NCBI GenBank assembly: GCA_041601615.1
Contig: JBFIHX010000017.1
Span: forward strand, 1-54,214
Length of the DNA stretch: 54,214 bases
Direction: 5' to 3'
From: Thermoplasmatota archaeon
GTDB lineage: Archaea > Thermoplasmatota > E2 > JACPAO01 > JAHFTW01
Part shown: piece after piece, positions 28,844 through 38,087 of the stretch
How positions within the stretch are numbered: position 1 is the stretch's first letter
Layout: each line of letters opens with the position of its first letter
Program-made: the position numbers and the translations under genes
The notes under the pieces: model-generated
The model's input: only the letters and a program-made list of their open reading frames with translations
What the model was told of the DNA's origin: nothing
Databases searched by the model: none

Positions 28844-30412
28844 TTACGAAGCTGCCGGAGTCGAGTCCTCGTCTCCAAACAACCGATCCACCATCCACGA
28901 CGGATCGAACGGAATCAAGTCCTCGTAGCCTTGGCCAACGCCCACGAACAGGAGAGGCTTGTTGACGGTGTAGGCGACCGACAGGGCAGCGCCTCCCTTG
29001 GCGTCCACGTCCACCTTCGTGAGGATGGCGCCGTCGATGTCCACGACTTGGTCAAAGCGCCGGGCTTGCTCCACGGCGTCGTTGCCGGCCAAGCTGTCGC
29101 CCACGAACACCACCATGTCGGGGTTGGCGACACGGCGGATCTTGTCCATTTCGTCCATGAGGTTGGTGTTGGTCTGCATGCGGCCTGCGGTGTCGAGCAA
29201 AACAACGTCCTTGTGGCGCGCTTTGGCGTGCTCAATGGCGTCGTAGGCCACTGCTGCTGGGTCTGCGCCGTCGGAGTGCTTGATGACCTTGACGCCCAGC
29301 GTATCGGCGTGCTGGGTCAACTGCGCGATGGCGCCGGCACGGAATGTGTCGCCGGCGGCGAGCACTGGGATGAGTCCTTGGCTCTTGAGGCGGTGGGCGA
29401 TGCGGGCGATGCTGGTGGTTTTGCCCGTGCCGTTTACGCCCACGAACATGACCACGACTGGCTTCTTGCCGCTGGCGAGTTTTTCGCGCACGAAGGCGTC
29501 GAAGTCGATGCGGCCGACGTTCAAGACTCGGCGCACGGCGGCGCGCAGCACTTTTTCGACCACGTCTTGGGCGGATTTGCCGGAGACGCTCATGGAGAGC
29601 ATTTGCTCCTTGACGTTCTCCTTGATGGCCTCGATGACGGGTAATGCCACGTCGGATTCTAGGAGGCCGATTTCGAGTTCCCAGAGAATGTCTTCCAGGG
29701 CACTCTCGCTGATGGTGTACTTTCGCAGCGTCGCGCCGGATTCCTTGGCGACTTGTTCGACGTCCTTCTGGACTTCGACGGCGGCTTCCAATTCTGCCTT
29801 CAGCCGAGCCTCGATTTCTTCGGCCGTGAGCATTTTGCGGCCGGTGATGGGCTGCTGCTGAGGCTGTCGTGCCGGCTGCTGCGGTTGCGGCGAAGTTTGC
29901 GCGGGCGCGGAAACGGGAGTGGAAACGGGAGCCGGTTCAGGCGCGGGCGTAGAAACGGGCGCCGGGGTGGGCGCGGGGGCAGGTGCCGGCGCGGGGGCTG
30001 GCTCGGGTGTCCGTGCAGGTTCCGGCTGTCGGTCGGTGGCAGGCACCGGCTCGGGTGTGCGGAAGGTCTCCGGTTTGGGTGCCTCGAACGCAGGGGTGGG
30101 TGTTGCGGGTGCGGCAGGCGTGGAGGGTGCCGAGGAAGGCTCGGGCGTGGCCGTGGGAGCCGGCGCTGGCGTAGTCTCGGGGGCCGGGGTGGGCGCGGCA
30201 GCGGGCTCGGGCACTGGCGCGGGGGTAGGCTCGGACACCGGTTCTGGAGTGGGCTCCGGCGTGGGTTCGGTGGCGGTCGCTGGGGCAATGCCCAACTCGC
30301 GGTCCATCTCGGCGGCAAGTTCTGCCTCCAGCTCCGCTTCCAGCTTGGCTTCAAGCTCGTCTTCCAGCTTTTCGGAGACGCCCTTGAGACGGTCCCGGAG
30401 ACCCTTGAACAT
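28844..30412 (-). CDS. ftsY: SRP receptor FtsY with long Pro/Ala/Thr/Glu-rich linker
   Basis: GVNGTGKTT, DTFRAGA, DTAGR, TKVD, GVGQGY. Confidence 0.97.
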   Translation of the reverse strand: MFKGLRDRLKGVSEKLEDELEAKLEAELEAELAAEMDRELGIAPATATEPTPEPTPEPVSEPTPAPVPEPAAAPTPAPETTPAPAPTATPEPSSAPSTPAAPATPTPAFEAPKPETFRTPEPVPATDRQPEPARTPEPAPAPAPAPAPTPAPVSTPAPEPAPVSTPVSAPAQTSPQPQQPARQPQQQPITGRKMLTAEEIEARLKAELEAAVEVQKDVEQVAKESGATLRKYTISESALEDILWELEIGLLESDVALPVIEAIKENVKEQMLSMSVSGKSAQDVVEKVLRAAVRRVLNVGRIDFDAFVREKLASGKKPVVVMFVGVNGTGKTTSIARIAHRLKSQGLIPVLAAGDTFRAGAIAQLTQHADTLGVKVIKHSDGADPAAVAYDAIEHAKARHKDVVLLDTAGRMQTNTNLMDEMDKIRRVANPDMVVFVGDSLAGNDAVEQARRFDQVVDIDGAILTKVDVDAKGGAALSVAYTVNKPLLFVGVGQGYEDLIPFDPSWMVDRLFGDEDSTPAAS

Positions 30413-30465
30413 GACGGGGGCGCCGAGTCCGGGGCGCTACATGAGGTTGGTGGGGCGGGCCGGGG

Positions 30466-30567
30466 CTAAAAGAGGGCGAGGGAAGTCAGAAACAAGGCCA
30501 TACCAAACAGGAGCCAGTACGTGGTTTCTGCCGCGCGGCTGCTCTTGGAAGGAGTTGTGCGGTCCAT
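30466..30567 (-). CDS. Possible 33-aa single-TM small protein
   Basis: MDRTTPSKSSRAAETTYWLLFGMALFLTSLALF, between kptA and ftsY on the same strand. Confidence 0.35.
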   Translation of the reverse strand: MDRTTPSKSSRAAETTYWLLFGMALFLTSLALF

Positions 30568-30703
30568 AACCCTGGTTTGGAGCAGGGCCGCATGAAACCA
30601 GTGCAGAAGGGTCGGAATCGTCGAGCGACAGAGCCCAGCGGCGGGCGAGCACACGCCGACAGGAAGCGCTGCGAAGGGCCCCCGGCCTCTCCCGGCGTTG
30701 AAG

Positions 30704-31396
30704 CTATTCCTCTTCGTCCTTCGGGCCGTGGTTGGCACGGATGCCTGCCATGTCGTCCTCGTCGTCGTAGATGCCGATGCACTCGGGCTCCACGGCGTCG
30801 GTGACGTAGACGGACTTGCCAGCGCGGAAGATGAAGTTGCCACCGTGGTTGGCCTTGCCCACATCCACTTCGAGGATGATTGGGTCGTGCATGTGCACGC
30901 GGCCGGCGGAGTATGCTTTCTCGGGGGTGGCCGAGAGGTGGATCATGTTGCGATCGCTGGGGCGCAGACCAGTCTCTAGGACCATGTCGAGCTCCTCTTC
31001 GGCGACCGGGAAGTACAGGTGGTCGGCGGTCGCCTCGGGCAGGTCGTCGAGGTTCACGTCGACGCTGTGGGCGTAGGTGGCGCGCACCATACCGCCGTCG
31101 ATTTGGTAGCGTCCCTTCTCGTCGGTCTCCACGAGGGCGTGGATGTGCTCCGTGCGAAGCCAGCGGCCGTAGTTTTGGCGGCTGCGCTTGATGGATTCGA
31201 CGAATTGCTCAAGGTCGACCCAGCCGCGGCCATCCATTTGGAGCTCAAAGCGCTCCGGGAAGTGGCGCAGAATGCCGGCCATCATGCGGCCGATGCGGTC
31301 GATTTCGTGGTCCTTCATCAGGAAGCGACCCTTCTCGTCACACAGAGGGCATAGTTCTGCACGGAAGTAGCCGTGTTGACGGCATTGGGCGAGCAT
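30704..31396 (-). CDS. kptA: RNA 2'-phosphotransferase (Tpt1/KptA) with N-terminal Zn ribbon
   Basis: CRQHG..CPLC, ILRH, GWV, KGRY, RATYAHS, IHLS. Confidence 0.93.
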   Translation of the reverse strand: MLAQCRQHGYFRAELCPLCDEKGRFLMKDHEIDRIGRMMAGILRHFPERFELQMDGRGWVDLEQFVESIKRSRQNYGRWLRTEHIHALVETDEKGRYQIDGGMVRATYAHSVDVNLDDLPEATADHLYFPVAEEELDMVLETGLRPSDRNMIHLSATPEKAYSAGRVHMHDPIILEVDVGKANHGGNFIFRAGKSVYVTDAVEPECIGIYDDEDDMAGIRANHGPKDEEE

Positions 31397-31401
31397 AGGA
31401 G

Positions 31402-31472
31402 AGGGGAGAGAGGGATTTGAACCCCCGTATCAGGCTCTGCAGGCCCGCGCATAGCCGCTTTGCTATCTCCCC
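31402..31472 (-). tRNA. tRNA-Cys(GCA), intronless, CCA not encoded
   Basis: GGGGAGATAGCAAAGCGGCTATGCGCGGGCCTGCAGAGCCTGATACGGGGGTTCAAATCCCTCTCTCCCCT folds as a cloverleaf; U discriminator. Confidence 0.93.
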
Positions 31473-31603
31473 GCGCAGTGCCCCGGGAATCCCCTGGGCG
31501 AAGCGGCCGACCCTGGAGTCAGATAAAAAGAGTGGCCTCTGCTTCGCCGGTTTTTCCAATCATCCCGAAGAACAGTTTTCCCCCGGATTGCCCGTTTTCG
31601 ATT

Positions 31604-32059
31604 ATGAATGTCCTTGGACTTTTCATGGCCAGTTTGCTTTTGACCCTCGTTGCCGCCCCGGCGCAGGCAGAGCCCGTCGCAGACGTTGATGCTCCCGCGT
31701 CGACGTGGTTCGTGCTGTGGTGCTGGGATCGAGAATTCATTTACTCGACGCCCGGCGGGGCCATTGCTGCCTGTATCCAATACCTCCCTGGCCACCTGCG
31801 CGACTGCCTGCCCAACTGCCCACCCACCTTCCCAGGCGCCGCCACCGAGTCCAGCTACGACCGCACATGCCTGAACGGACAATCCACCGCAGAGAAGGTG
31901 CGCAACTGTGCATACAGTCTCCTCGTCAATGGTGGCTCCGGCACCCGCATGATCTGCGTGGATCGCCAAATGGAGGATGGCAATGTGGTGGGCGTGACCT
32001 GGAAATGCGTGGACTACCAGGTGTTTGAGAGGATCGTCTGCGTCGAAGTGCGCTGCTAG
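31604..32059 (+). CDS. Secreted Cys-rich protein (10 Cys)
   Basis: Signal peptide ending AQA; internal repeated C...CxxY units. Confidence 0.7.
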   Translation: MNVLGLFMASLLLTLVAAPAQAEPVADVDAPASTWFVLWCWDREFIYSTPGGAIAACIQYLPGHLRDCLPNCPPTFPGAATESSYDRTCLNGQSTAEKVRNCAYSLLVNGGSGTRMICVDRQMEDGNVVGVTWKCVDYQVFERIVCVEVRC

Positions 32060-32195
32060 ACCGCGGTGCCGCCAACTCCCTTTGCCCATTCCCCGTTCTT
32101 GACTCATCCGGCTGGATTTGTATTCCGTTCATCACCAATCGAGGTTGTAAACGTCGACGTGGATGCGGGCCTGCCCAACTCGGGCAGGACCTACC

Positions 32196-32483
32196 ATGAA
32201 ACAAAAAACTGCAATCCTGACGGCTTCTCTCCTGTTGGTCACTGGCCTTGCCTTCGTCACGCCAGCCTCTGCCCACTATGAACACTGGACTTGTGGCGGC
32301 GGCGTAAGCATGAACGGCCCGCTGTACTTTGGCATCGGCAATTGCATCAAGTGCGAGACTGCCTCCGAGGACTCCCCGGCGCACTACCACTGCTCTGAAT
32401 ACGACCACCAGAAATGCACCGGCATCTGGACCGGCGACCCTGGAGCCGACGGCGGCAAGCGCTGCGTCATCGGTATTTTGTAG
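32196..32483 (+). CDS. Small secreted Cys-rich protein (6 Cys)
   Basis: MKQKTAILTASLLLVTGLAFVTPASA signal peptide. Confidence 0.72.
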   Translation: MKQKTAILTASLLLVTGLAFVTPASAHYEHWTCGGGVSMNGPLYFGIGNCIKCETASEDSPAHYHCSEYDHQKCTGIWTGDPGADGGKRCVIGIL

Positions 32484-32678
32484 ACCGATTCGCCCCACGG
32501 CCCCTTGACATTCTCGGCTCAAGGGATTTCCACGGCCGGCGCGAATTCCACGTTCCCGGTTGCCTCCGCCTTTTCTTTCTTGATTGCTTGCCGGGTGGGG
32601 CCGGTCTTGGCGGCAATGGGCCGTAGTTTTGCACCCATCCCCAGAAACCAGCATGAATCTAGCGTCCGATGGGCTTCC

Positions 32679-33134
32679 ATGCGTTGGAGCATCCTCCCCG
32701 CAGGCTTGATTGCGATTGCCATGATGTCGAGTGGAACGGCGTCGGCGTGCAACTGGACCTATGACGTGGGCCCTGCCTATGTGGGGGATTCAGATTGCGC
32801 CTATTTCGAGCCAAGTTGCATTGCAGACTATCTGTGTCTCGGAGGCTCGCCGCCGCCACAGGCTGTGAATCAGGTGCTGCATTGTGCAGGACGCGCCGCG
32901 GGCGAATCAGAGGATCTTGCCGAGTGGGCGCCCCTGTTTGTGTACCTGTGGCCGGAGTGGGGGGCTGCAACGGCCGCGTTCTTCTATCCTACGGCACACG
33001 GAGCAGTCCAGCCTTCCTTGGACGATGCAAACGAGGTGTTGTGCGACGATGTCTGGGATCTGTTCTGCTCGAATCCGATTGTTTTGCCGTCCTGCCCTGC
33101 CGAGTCCAATCCGCTCAACGAGCGACCGTTCTAG
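32679..33134 (+). CDS. Secreted Cys-rich protein (8 Cys)
   Basis: Signal peptide ending ASA; EDLAEWA...NEVLCD motif. Confidence 0.68.
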   Translation: MRWSILPAGLIAIAMMSSGTASACNWTYDVGPAYVGDSDCAYFEPSCIADYLCLGGSPPPQAVNQVLHCAGRAAGESEDLAEWAPLFVYLWPEWGAATAAFFYPTAHGAVQPSLDDANEVLCDDVWDLFCSNPIVLPSCPAESNPLNERPF

Positions 33135-33135
33135 G

Positions 33136-35451
33136 CTATCCGCCCCATCCCCCGCCGCCATAATTGGAGTACGGGTTTGCTGCTTCGGCCGGTTTTTCTT
33201 CCGCAGCGGCGGCCTCTTCCAGTTCTCCACCCTGTTCGGGTTCGTCGGGCACTTCTGGCTCTGGTGGGCTCCAGTCGAGATTTCGTGCGACGACTTCGGC
33301 TAGATCCTTGGCCATCATGGTACCACCAGCTTCAGCATCGTTGCCCGTGAGACTGAGTCCGTCCTTGAGCATGGTCAGGCAGAAGGGGCAGGCGCTGACG
33401 ATGGTGTCGGCGCCGGTGTCGGCGGCTTGTTTGGCACGAATGACGTTGATGCGCTGATCTTCCTCTTTGATTTCGTACCACATGTTCGAGCCTCCGGCGC
33501 CGCAGCAGAGTCCTTGCTCGCGGCTCTGGGCCATTTCGAGCAGGGGCAGGCCGCCGTTGGTCTTCGAGAGGACGCGACGGGGCGCGTCGAAGATGCCGTT
33601 GTGGCGGCCGAGGTAACACGAGTCGTGGAAGCTGATCTTCATTTCGGCGCCTTCCCTGAGCGGCAGGCGGCCTTCGTCGATGAGGAACTCGATGTATTCG
33701 GTGTGGTGGATGACCTCGAATTTGGCGCCGAATTCGGGGTATTCGTTCAGGAGGGTGTTGAAGCAGTGCGGGCACTGGGTCAAGATCTTGGTGACGCCGT
33801 ATTGCTGGAGCACGGCGAGGTTTTCGAGGACTGATTGCTGGAAGCGGCCTTCTTCTCCGAGGCGGCGGGCGGGGTCGCCTGTGCATTTCTCTTCCTTACC
33901 GAGGATGGCAAAGTCCACTTCGGCGGCGTTGAGAATCGTGGCCAAATCGCGGGTGACTTCGTTGTTGCGCGGATCAAAGGACCCGACGCAGCCTACCCAC
34001 CAGAGAATGTCGATGGGTTCGCCGGCTGCGGCTTTCTCTTGCGCGGACGGTACTTTGACGCCGGCGGGTAGTGCTTGGGTCCAGGCGTCGCGGTCGACGT
34101 TGGGGAATCCGTAGGGGTTGCCGGCGTTGGTGAGGTTGACGAGCAGCTTGCTTTGGTGTTCGTCGAGTTTGCTCTCCATGACGAGGCCGCGGCGCATTTC
34201 GACGATGAGATCCACGTGTTCGATGTCCACGGGGCATTCGGTCATGCAGGCGCGGCAGGTGGTGCAGCTCCAGAGGGTTGCTTCTTCGATTTGGGTGCGC
34301 AAGTCGAGGTTGCCGACTTCGGTGAGTTTGACGGGGGTGTGGTTGGCGCTGCCGACTTGTTTGCCTTCGCGGTAGTCTTCCCACATATGCGCCTTGAGGT
34401 CCTGGATCAATTTGCGGGGAGAGAGCGGGCGGCCGGCGGCAGTCGCAGGACATTGGGCTTCGCAGCGGCCGCAGTTGGTGCAGGCATCGAGGGCGAGGCG
34501 GTCTTTCCACGTCAGGTCGCGAATGGTGGTGTAGCCGACGTTCCCCATGGCGTCCGTGTCGCCGGTCTCCAGCACTTCTTGAAGCGAGAAGGGTGTCGGG
34601 AGGTTGGCGCGGGCTTGGCGGTCGTCGTCGTGGAAGTACAGGTTGAGGCTGCTGGTGAGAATGTGCTTCAGCTTGGTCCAGGGCAGGATGGCAAGCACGG
34701 AGGACCAGAGGAAGAAGTGGAACCACCAGAGCGCCGGGTAGGATGCTTGCATTTGGGCAAGGCTGAGTCCGGATTTGATCATCAGGAGGCCGAGGGCGTT
34801 GCCGACGAAGCTGTAGTGGGCGTACCAGATGCCGTCGTGTTGGATTTGGTACTGGAGGCGGATGGCTTCGAGGAAGAAGCCGGTGATGCCGATGAGGCCC
34901 AAAAAGACGAGTGCGTAGAGGTCGCCGTCGATGCGGCCGAGCCAGGGCGCTTCGGGGCTCTTGGTCTTGTGTAGTTGTGGTGGGCGGTTCTTGTAGCGGC
35001 GAATCGCCATGGCGGAAACGCCCATGATGAACAGGAGCCCGAAGAAGTCAAGGGTGGCTTCGTACAGGAGGTAGCCGGGGCCGAACAGGAGTTTCTGCTT
35101 GAGGATGAGTTCGAAGAAGTCCATGTCGATGGCGGCGAGTGTTGTGCCGACAAACAGGACGGCGAACCCGAAGAAGATCCAGGCGTGGCTGGTGCCGGGG
35201 CGCTTGTCCTGCATGAATTTGCGGTGGGTGGCGAGGCCCACGACGAGGCGCTTGAGTCCGGCTTTCCAGTGGCCCGGTTTCCAGGAGGCGCCGAGGCGCC
35301 AGACGTGCACCATTTGCCAGATGCCGTAGCCAAATACGGCAACTGCCGCGAGCGTCAATAGGACCATCCAGGTCCATGTGGGTTCTGGCATCAACTCGAG
35401 GTTGACGCGGCAGGGAGTGCTCGGGTAGTCAGGGCACTGGAACTCCGACAT
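33136..35451 (-). CDS. Membrane Fe-S oxidoreductase (NarI-like TM, 4Fe-4S dicluster, two CCG domains; FadF/HdrD/GlpC family)
   Basis: CTNCGRCEAQCP, CTTCRACMTECP, CPHC, HDSCYLGR, CCGAGG, ACPFC. Confidence 0.93.
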   Translation of the reverse strand: MSEFQCPDYPSTPCRVNLELMPEPTWTWMVLLTLAAVAVFGYGIWQMVHVWRLGASWKPGHWKAGLKRLVVGLATHRKFMQDKRPGTSHAWIFFGFAVLFVGTTLAAIDMDFFELILKQKLLFGPGYLLYEATLDFFGLLFIMGVSAMAIRRYKNRPPQLHKTKSPEAPWLGRIDGDLYALVFLGLIGITGFFLEAIRLQYQIQHDGIWYAHYSFVGNALGLLMIKSGLSLAQMQASYPALWWFHFFLWSSVLAILPWTKLKHILTSSLNLYFHDDDRQARANLPTPFSLQEVLETGDTDAMGNVGYTTIRDLTWKDRLALDACTNCGRCEAQCPATAAGRPLSPRKLIQDLKAHMWEDYREGKQVGSANHTPVKLTEVGNLDLRTQIEEATLWSCTTCRACMTECPVDIEHVDLIVEMRRGLVMESKLDEHQSKLLVNLTNAGNPYGFPNVDRDAWTQALPAGVKVPSAQEKAAAGEPIDILWWVGCVGSFDPRNNEVTRDLATILNAAEVDFAILGKEEKCTGDPARRLGEEGRFQQSVLENLAVLQQYGVTKILTQCPHCFNTLLNEYPEFGAKFEVIHHTEYIEFLIDEGRLPLREGAEMKISFHDSCYLGRHNGIFDAPRRVLSKTNGGLPLLEMAQSREQGLCCGAGGSNMWYEIKEEDQRINVIRAKQAADTGADTIVSACPFCLTMLKDGLSLTGNDAEAGGTMMAKDLAEVVARNLDWSPPEPEVPDEPEQGGELEEAAAAEEKPAEAANPYSNYGGGGWGG

Positions 35452-35501
35452 TGCCGGTCCACCGGGGGCCGGCTACTTGAGCGGCGCGGGCGGGTTCGGC
35501 G

Positions 35502-35996
35502 CTAGGGGCAGATGGGCGGGAACGGGCCGAGGATCAAGTCGCAGAGTACGTAGTCGGCGCCCCAGGAAGCAAATGCGACGCCGTCGCTTTGGACCCATGC
35601 GGCGTTTGCGGGGACATCGACGATGGTGGCGGCTGTTGCGAGTGTTGTGGTTGCTGCGGAGGGTGCGCAGGCGAGCACGAACGGTGCGATGGGGACGGGG
35701 CTGACGGTGCATCCGGTTCCGAGGGGTCCCATGCAGCTCATTGGTGGGAAGGAAGATACGATGATGCATGAGATCACGGCGACATAGGGCGCGATGCTGA
35801 CGCTGCAGGTGAACGGGTCGCAGGTTCCGGGGGGTTGGCTGGGGGGCGGGCTGCCGAAGGGCGGGGTGGGTACGGTTGGGTAGGCGCTTGCGGTGGGTGC
35901 CAGCAGGAAGGCGGCAACGAGGACGGCAACGAGGACGGCAACGAGGACGGCAACGAGGACGGGCAGGGCGGACAGGGTTGTGGTGTGGTTTCGCAT
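35502..35996 (-). CDS. Secreted Pro/Cys-rich protein (8 Cys), paralog of 36009-36431
   Basis: AYPTVPTPPF..QPPGTCDP...WGADYVLCDLILGPFPPIC. Confidence 0.72.
   Translation of the reverse strand: MRNHTTTLSALPVLVAVLVAVLVAVLVAAFLLAPTASAYPTVPTPPFGSPPPSQPPGTCDPFTCSVSIAPYVAVISCIIVSSFPPMSCMGPLGTGCTVSPVPIAPFVLACAPSAATTTLATAATIVDVPANAAWVQSDGVAFASWGADYVLCDLILGPFPPICP
35912..35962. repeat. 12-bp tandem repeat, four copies plus 3 nt (CGGCAACGAGGA)
   Basis: Encodes repeated VLVA in the signal peptide of 35502-35996. Confidence 0.92.
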
Positions 35997-36008
35997 GGGT
36001 GGTTCCTC

Positions 36009-36431
36009 CTAGCAAACGGGGGGCATGGGGCCGAGGATGATGTCGCAGAGGACGTAGTTGGCGGCCCAAAGGGCGAGGTCGTCGGCGTTGGCAGTGAGCC
36101 AGAAGGTGTTGCTGATGGGGTCGAAGAAGGCGAACACGGATCCTCCGCCAAGCGTGCAGGAGAGAATGAAAGGCACGAGCGGAACGGGGGGCGCTGGGCA
36201 GTTGAGTCCGAGGTTTGCAAGATGGGCTGTGATGCAGCCGACGGGGTCGGTGATGGAGCAGACTGGGCCGCCACTTGTTAGGATGCAGGCGGGGTCGGTG
36301 GGGTCGCACGAGAATCCCGGGGGCTGCGGCGGGGCTGTATTGCTGAAGGGCGGGTTCGGAATTGCGGGGTAGGCGGCGGCGATGGGGGCCGCGACGAGCA
36401 GGCAGACGAGGGTTGCGACGAGGAGGCGCAT
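36009..36431 (-). CDS. Secreted Pro/Cys-rich protein (8 mature Cys)
   Basis: AYPAIPNPPF..QPPGFSCDP...WAANYVLCDIILGPMPPVC. Confidence 0.72.
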   Translation of the reverse strand: MRLLVATLVCLLVAAPIAAAYPAIPNPPFSNTAPPQPPGFSCDPTDPACILTSGGPVCSITDPVGCITAHLANLGLNCPAPPVPLVPFILSCTLGGGSVFAFFDPISNTFWLTANADDLALWAANYVLCDIILGPMPPVC

Positions 36432-36507
36432 GGGGGAACATCAACGGGGGATGTTTGACGGTACTCGTCGCGTTGTGACCCTCGATGCCGGGGGCCGATT
36501 GGGCCGG

Positions 36508-37317
36508 TTAGCAGCGTCCGCCGGCGGCGCACACGTCGGCTTTGTCGTCGGCGTCGAAGTGGAGAGGGATTTGGCTGGTGAATTCGTCGAGGGTTCCGGC
36601 GCTGTCCAGGGCCCAGTACATGACGCTGTCCGGGTTGTTGGAGTGGCGTTGTTGATCGGCGCCTTTGCCTTCGTGGTCCTTGACCATAGGGATGCCGCGG
36701 TTGACGAGGCCCATGGCGTGGCCAAATTCGTGCATGAGGACCGCTTGTTCGATGCGTTCTTCGCCGCCGTAGCAAGGCAGAAGATCGAGGGGTCCGGTTA
36801 CGTCTCGGGGGTCTTTGGCGCCGGCGGTTATGCTGCATGCCGCCTCGGTTTGCTCTTTGAAGATGACGACGAAATCGTGGCCAATGGTGAGGCCCAGCAC
36901 GGTCCGGTCTTCGTTGTCGACGCGCAGTTTGCCATCGACATAGGCAACGTACGTGACGACGGTTTTGCCGCTGGTCTGTTTGTCTTGGTTTGCTTTTTGC
37001 AAAGCCACCAAGTCGTCGGTGGTCCAGGTGGTTTTGGAGGGTAGTGTTCCGTCCACTGCGATGGTGATGCGGTCCTTGTTGGCAATGCTCCTCAATCGAT
37101 CCTCGAGAAGCGTCAGCGCGGAGGGTCGCGGCTCCTGGCCGGGTGTGTGGTCCACTTCGATGTGCCATGTTGTGAATTTGGAGTCTCGGAGGTAGTCGAG
37201 GGGGTCCACTTCGTCGTCGCCGCCAAAGAGGCCGCTGCCGGAGCCGAGGCAACCCGGGAGCAACGTGGCCGCGATGAGCAGGATGGCTACTGCGGTTCGT
37301 GCTTGGGGTTTCAGCAC
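36508..37317 (-). CDS. Lipoprotein zinc metalloprotease (metzincin-like)
   Basis: Lipobox LPGC; HEFGHAMGL; Met-turn-like SVMY; GTG start overlapping upstream stop. Confidence 0.85.
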   Translation of the reverse strand: MLKPQARTAVAILLIAATLLPGCLGSGSGLFGGDDEVDPLDYLRDSKFTTWHIEVDHTPGQEPRPSALTLLEDRLRSIANKDRITIAVDGTLPSKTTWTTDDLVALQKANQDKQTSGKTVVTYVAYVDGKLRVDNEDRTVLGLTIGHDFVVIFKEQTEAACSITAGAKDPRDVTGPLDLLPCYGGEERIEQAVLMHEFGHAMGLVNRGIPMVKDHEGKGADQQRHSNNPDSVMYWALDSAGTLDEFTSQIPLHFDADDKADVCAAGGRC

Positions 37318-38024
37318 TTGCCGCCCGCCTTGCAGATGTCGTTTTTGTCCGCGTCGTCGAAGCTGGTGGGGAGGCCGCCGGTGAAGATTTGCGTGATGTC
37401 GGTGGTTTCCACGGCCCAATACATGACGCTGTCGCGGTTGTTGCTGTGGCCGCTGTGTTCGCTGTCTTCATGGTTGGTGGCCATGGGGGTGCCGGTGTTG
37501 ACGAGGCCTAGGACGTGCCCGAATTCGTGCACCAGGACGGCGCGTTCGATGGTGGTGGCGGAGAAGAACAGGTTGGCGGATCGGTCGATGGTGGCGTCGA
37601 ACATGGCGACGAGTTCTTTGTTGCCGTAGGTGACGCCGAGGACGCTGCCTTTGCTGTAGGAGCCATCCAGGTACAGGACGTGGGTGACGATGGTTTTGCC
37701 GCCTGTGTTCTGATCTTGGTGCTTGGCGGACGCGGCGCGGATGGATTCATCGGTCCATGTGGTGCGGCCGGCGACTCCGCCGTTGGTGGTGATGGTGATG
37801 GAGTCTTTGTGGACGAGTGGCGTCAAGCGCTGTTTCAGAAGATCGAGTGCACTTTGGCTGGGGGCGTGGCCGTCTACGTAGTCCACTTCGATGACCCAGC
37901 GGTCGTAATCTTTGTCGACGAGGTAGTCATGGGGCAATCGGGGGCCGCCAACGAGGGGAAGGTCATTGAAGCAACCGGCGAGGCTCAGCACCACCAGCAT
38001 GGCGACGGGCAACAGGACACGCAC
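37311..38024 (-). CDS. Lipoprotein zinc metalloprotease, tandem paralog
   Basis: Lipobox LAGC; HEFGHVLGL; SVMYWA; shared C-terminus AGGKC/AGGRC. Confidence 0.87.
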   Translation of the reverse strand: MRVLLPVAMLVVLSLAGCFNDLPLVGGPRLPHDYLVDKDYDRWVIEVDYVDGHAPSQSALDLLKQRLTPLVHKDSITITTNGGVAGRTTWTDESIRAASAKHQDQNTGGKTIVTHVLYLDGSYSKGSVLGVTYGNKELVAMFDATIDRSANLFFSATTIERAVLVHEFGHVLGLVNTGTPMATNHEDSEHSGHSNNRDSVMYWAVETTDITQIFTGGLPTSFDDADKNDICKAGGKC

Positions 38025-38087
38025 AGGGACCCGTTGCGTGCGGACCTCATTATGGTTTTCGACGCGGGCCCGAAACGTAGTCGGGGG

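Noticed and set aside
29860-30290. Repeat-like DNA in ftsY (similar tracts at 16560-16890 and 4660-4790)
   Set aside because: Explained by low-complexity Pro/Ala/Thr linkers within proteins.
32501-32510. CCCCTTGACA repeated at ~44411, resembling a bacterial -35 box
   Set aside because: Archaeal context, no consistent spacing to genes, and a 10-mer match is plausible by chance.
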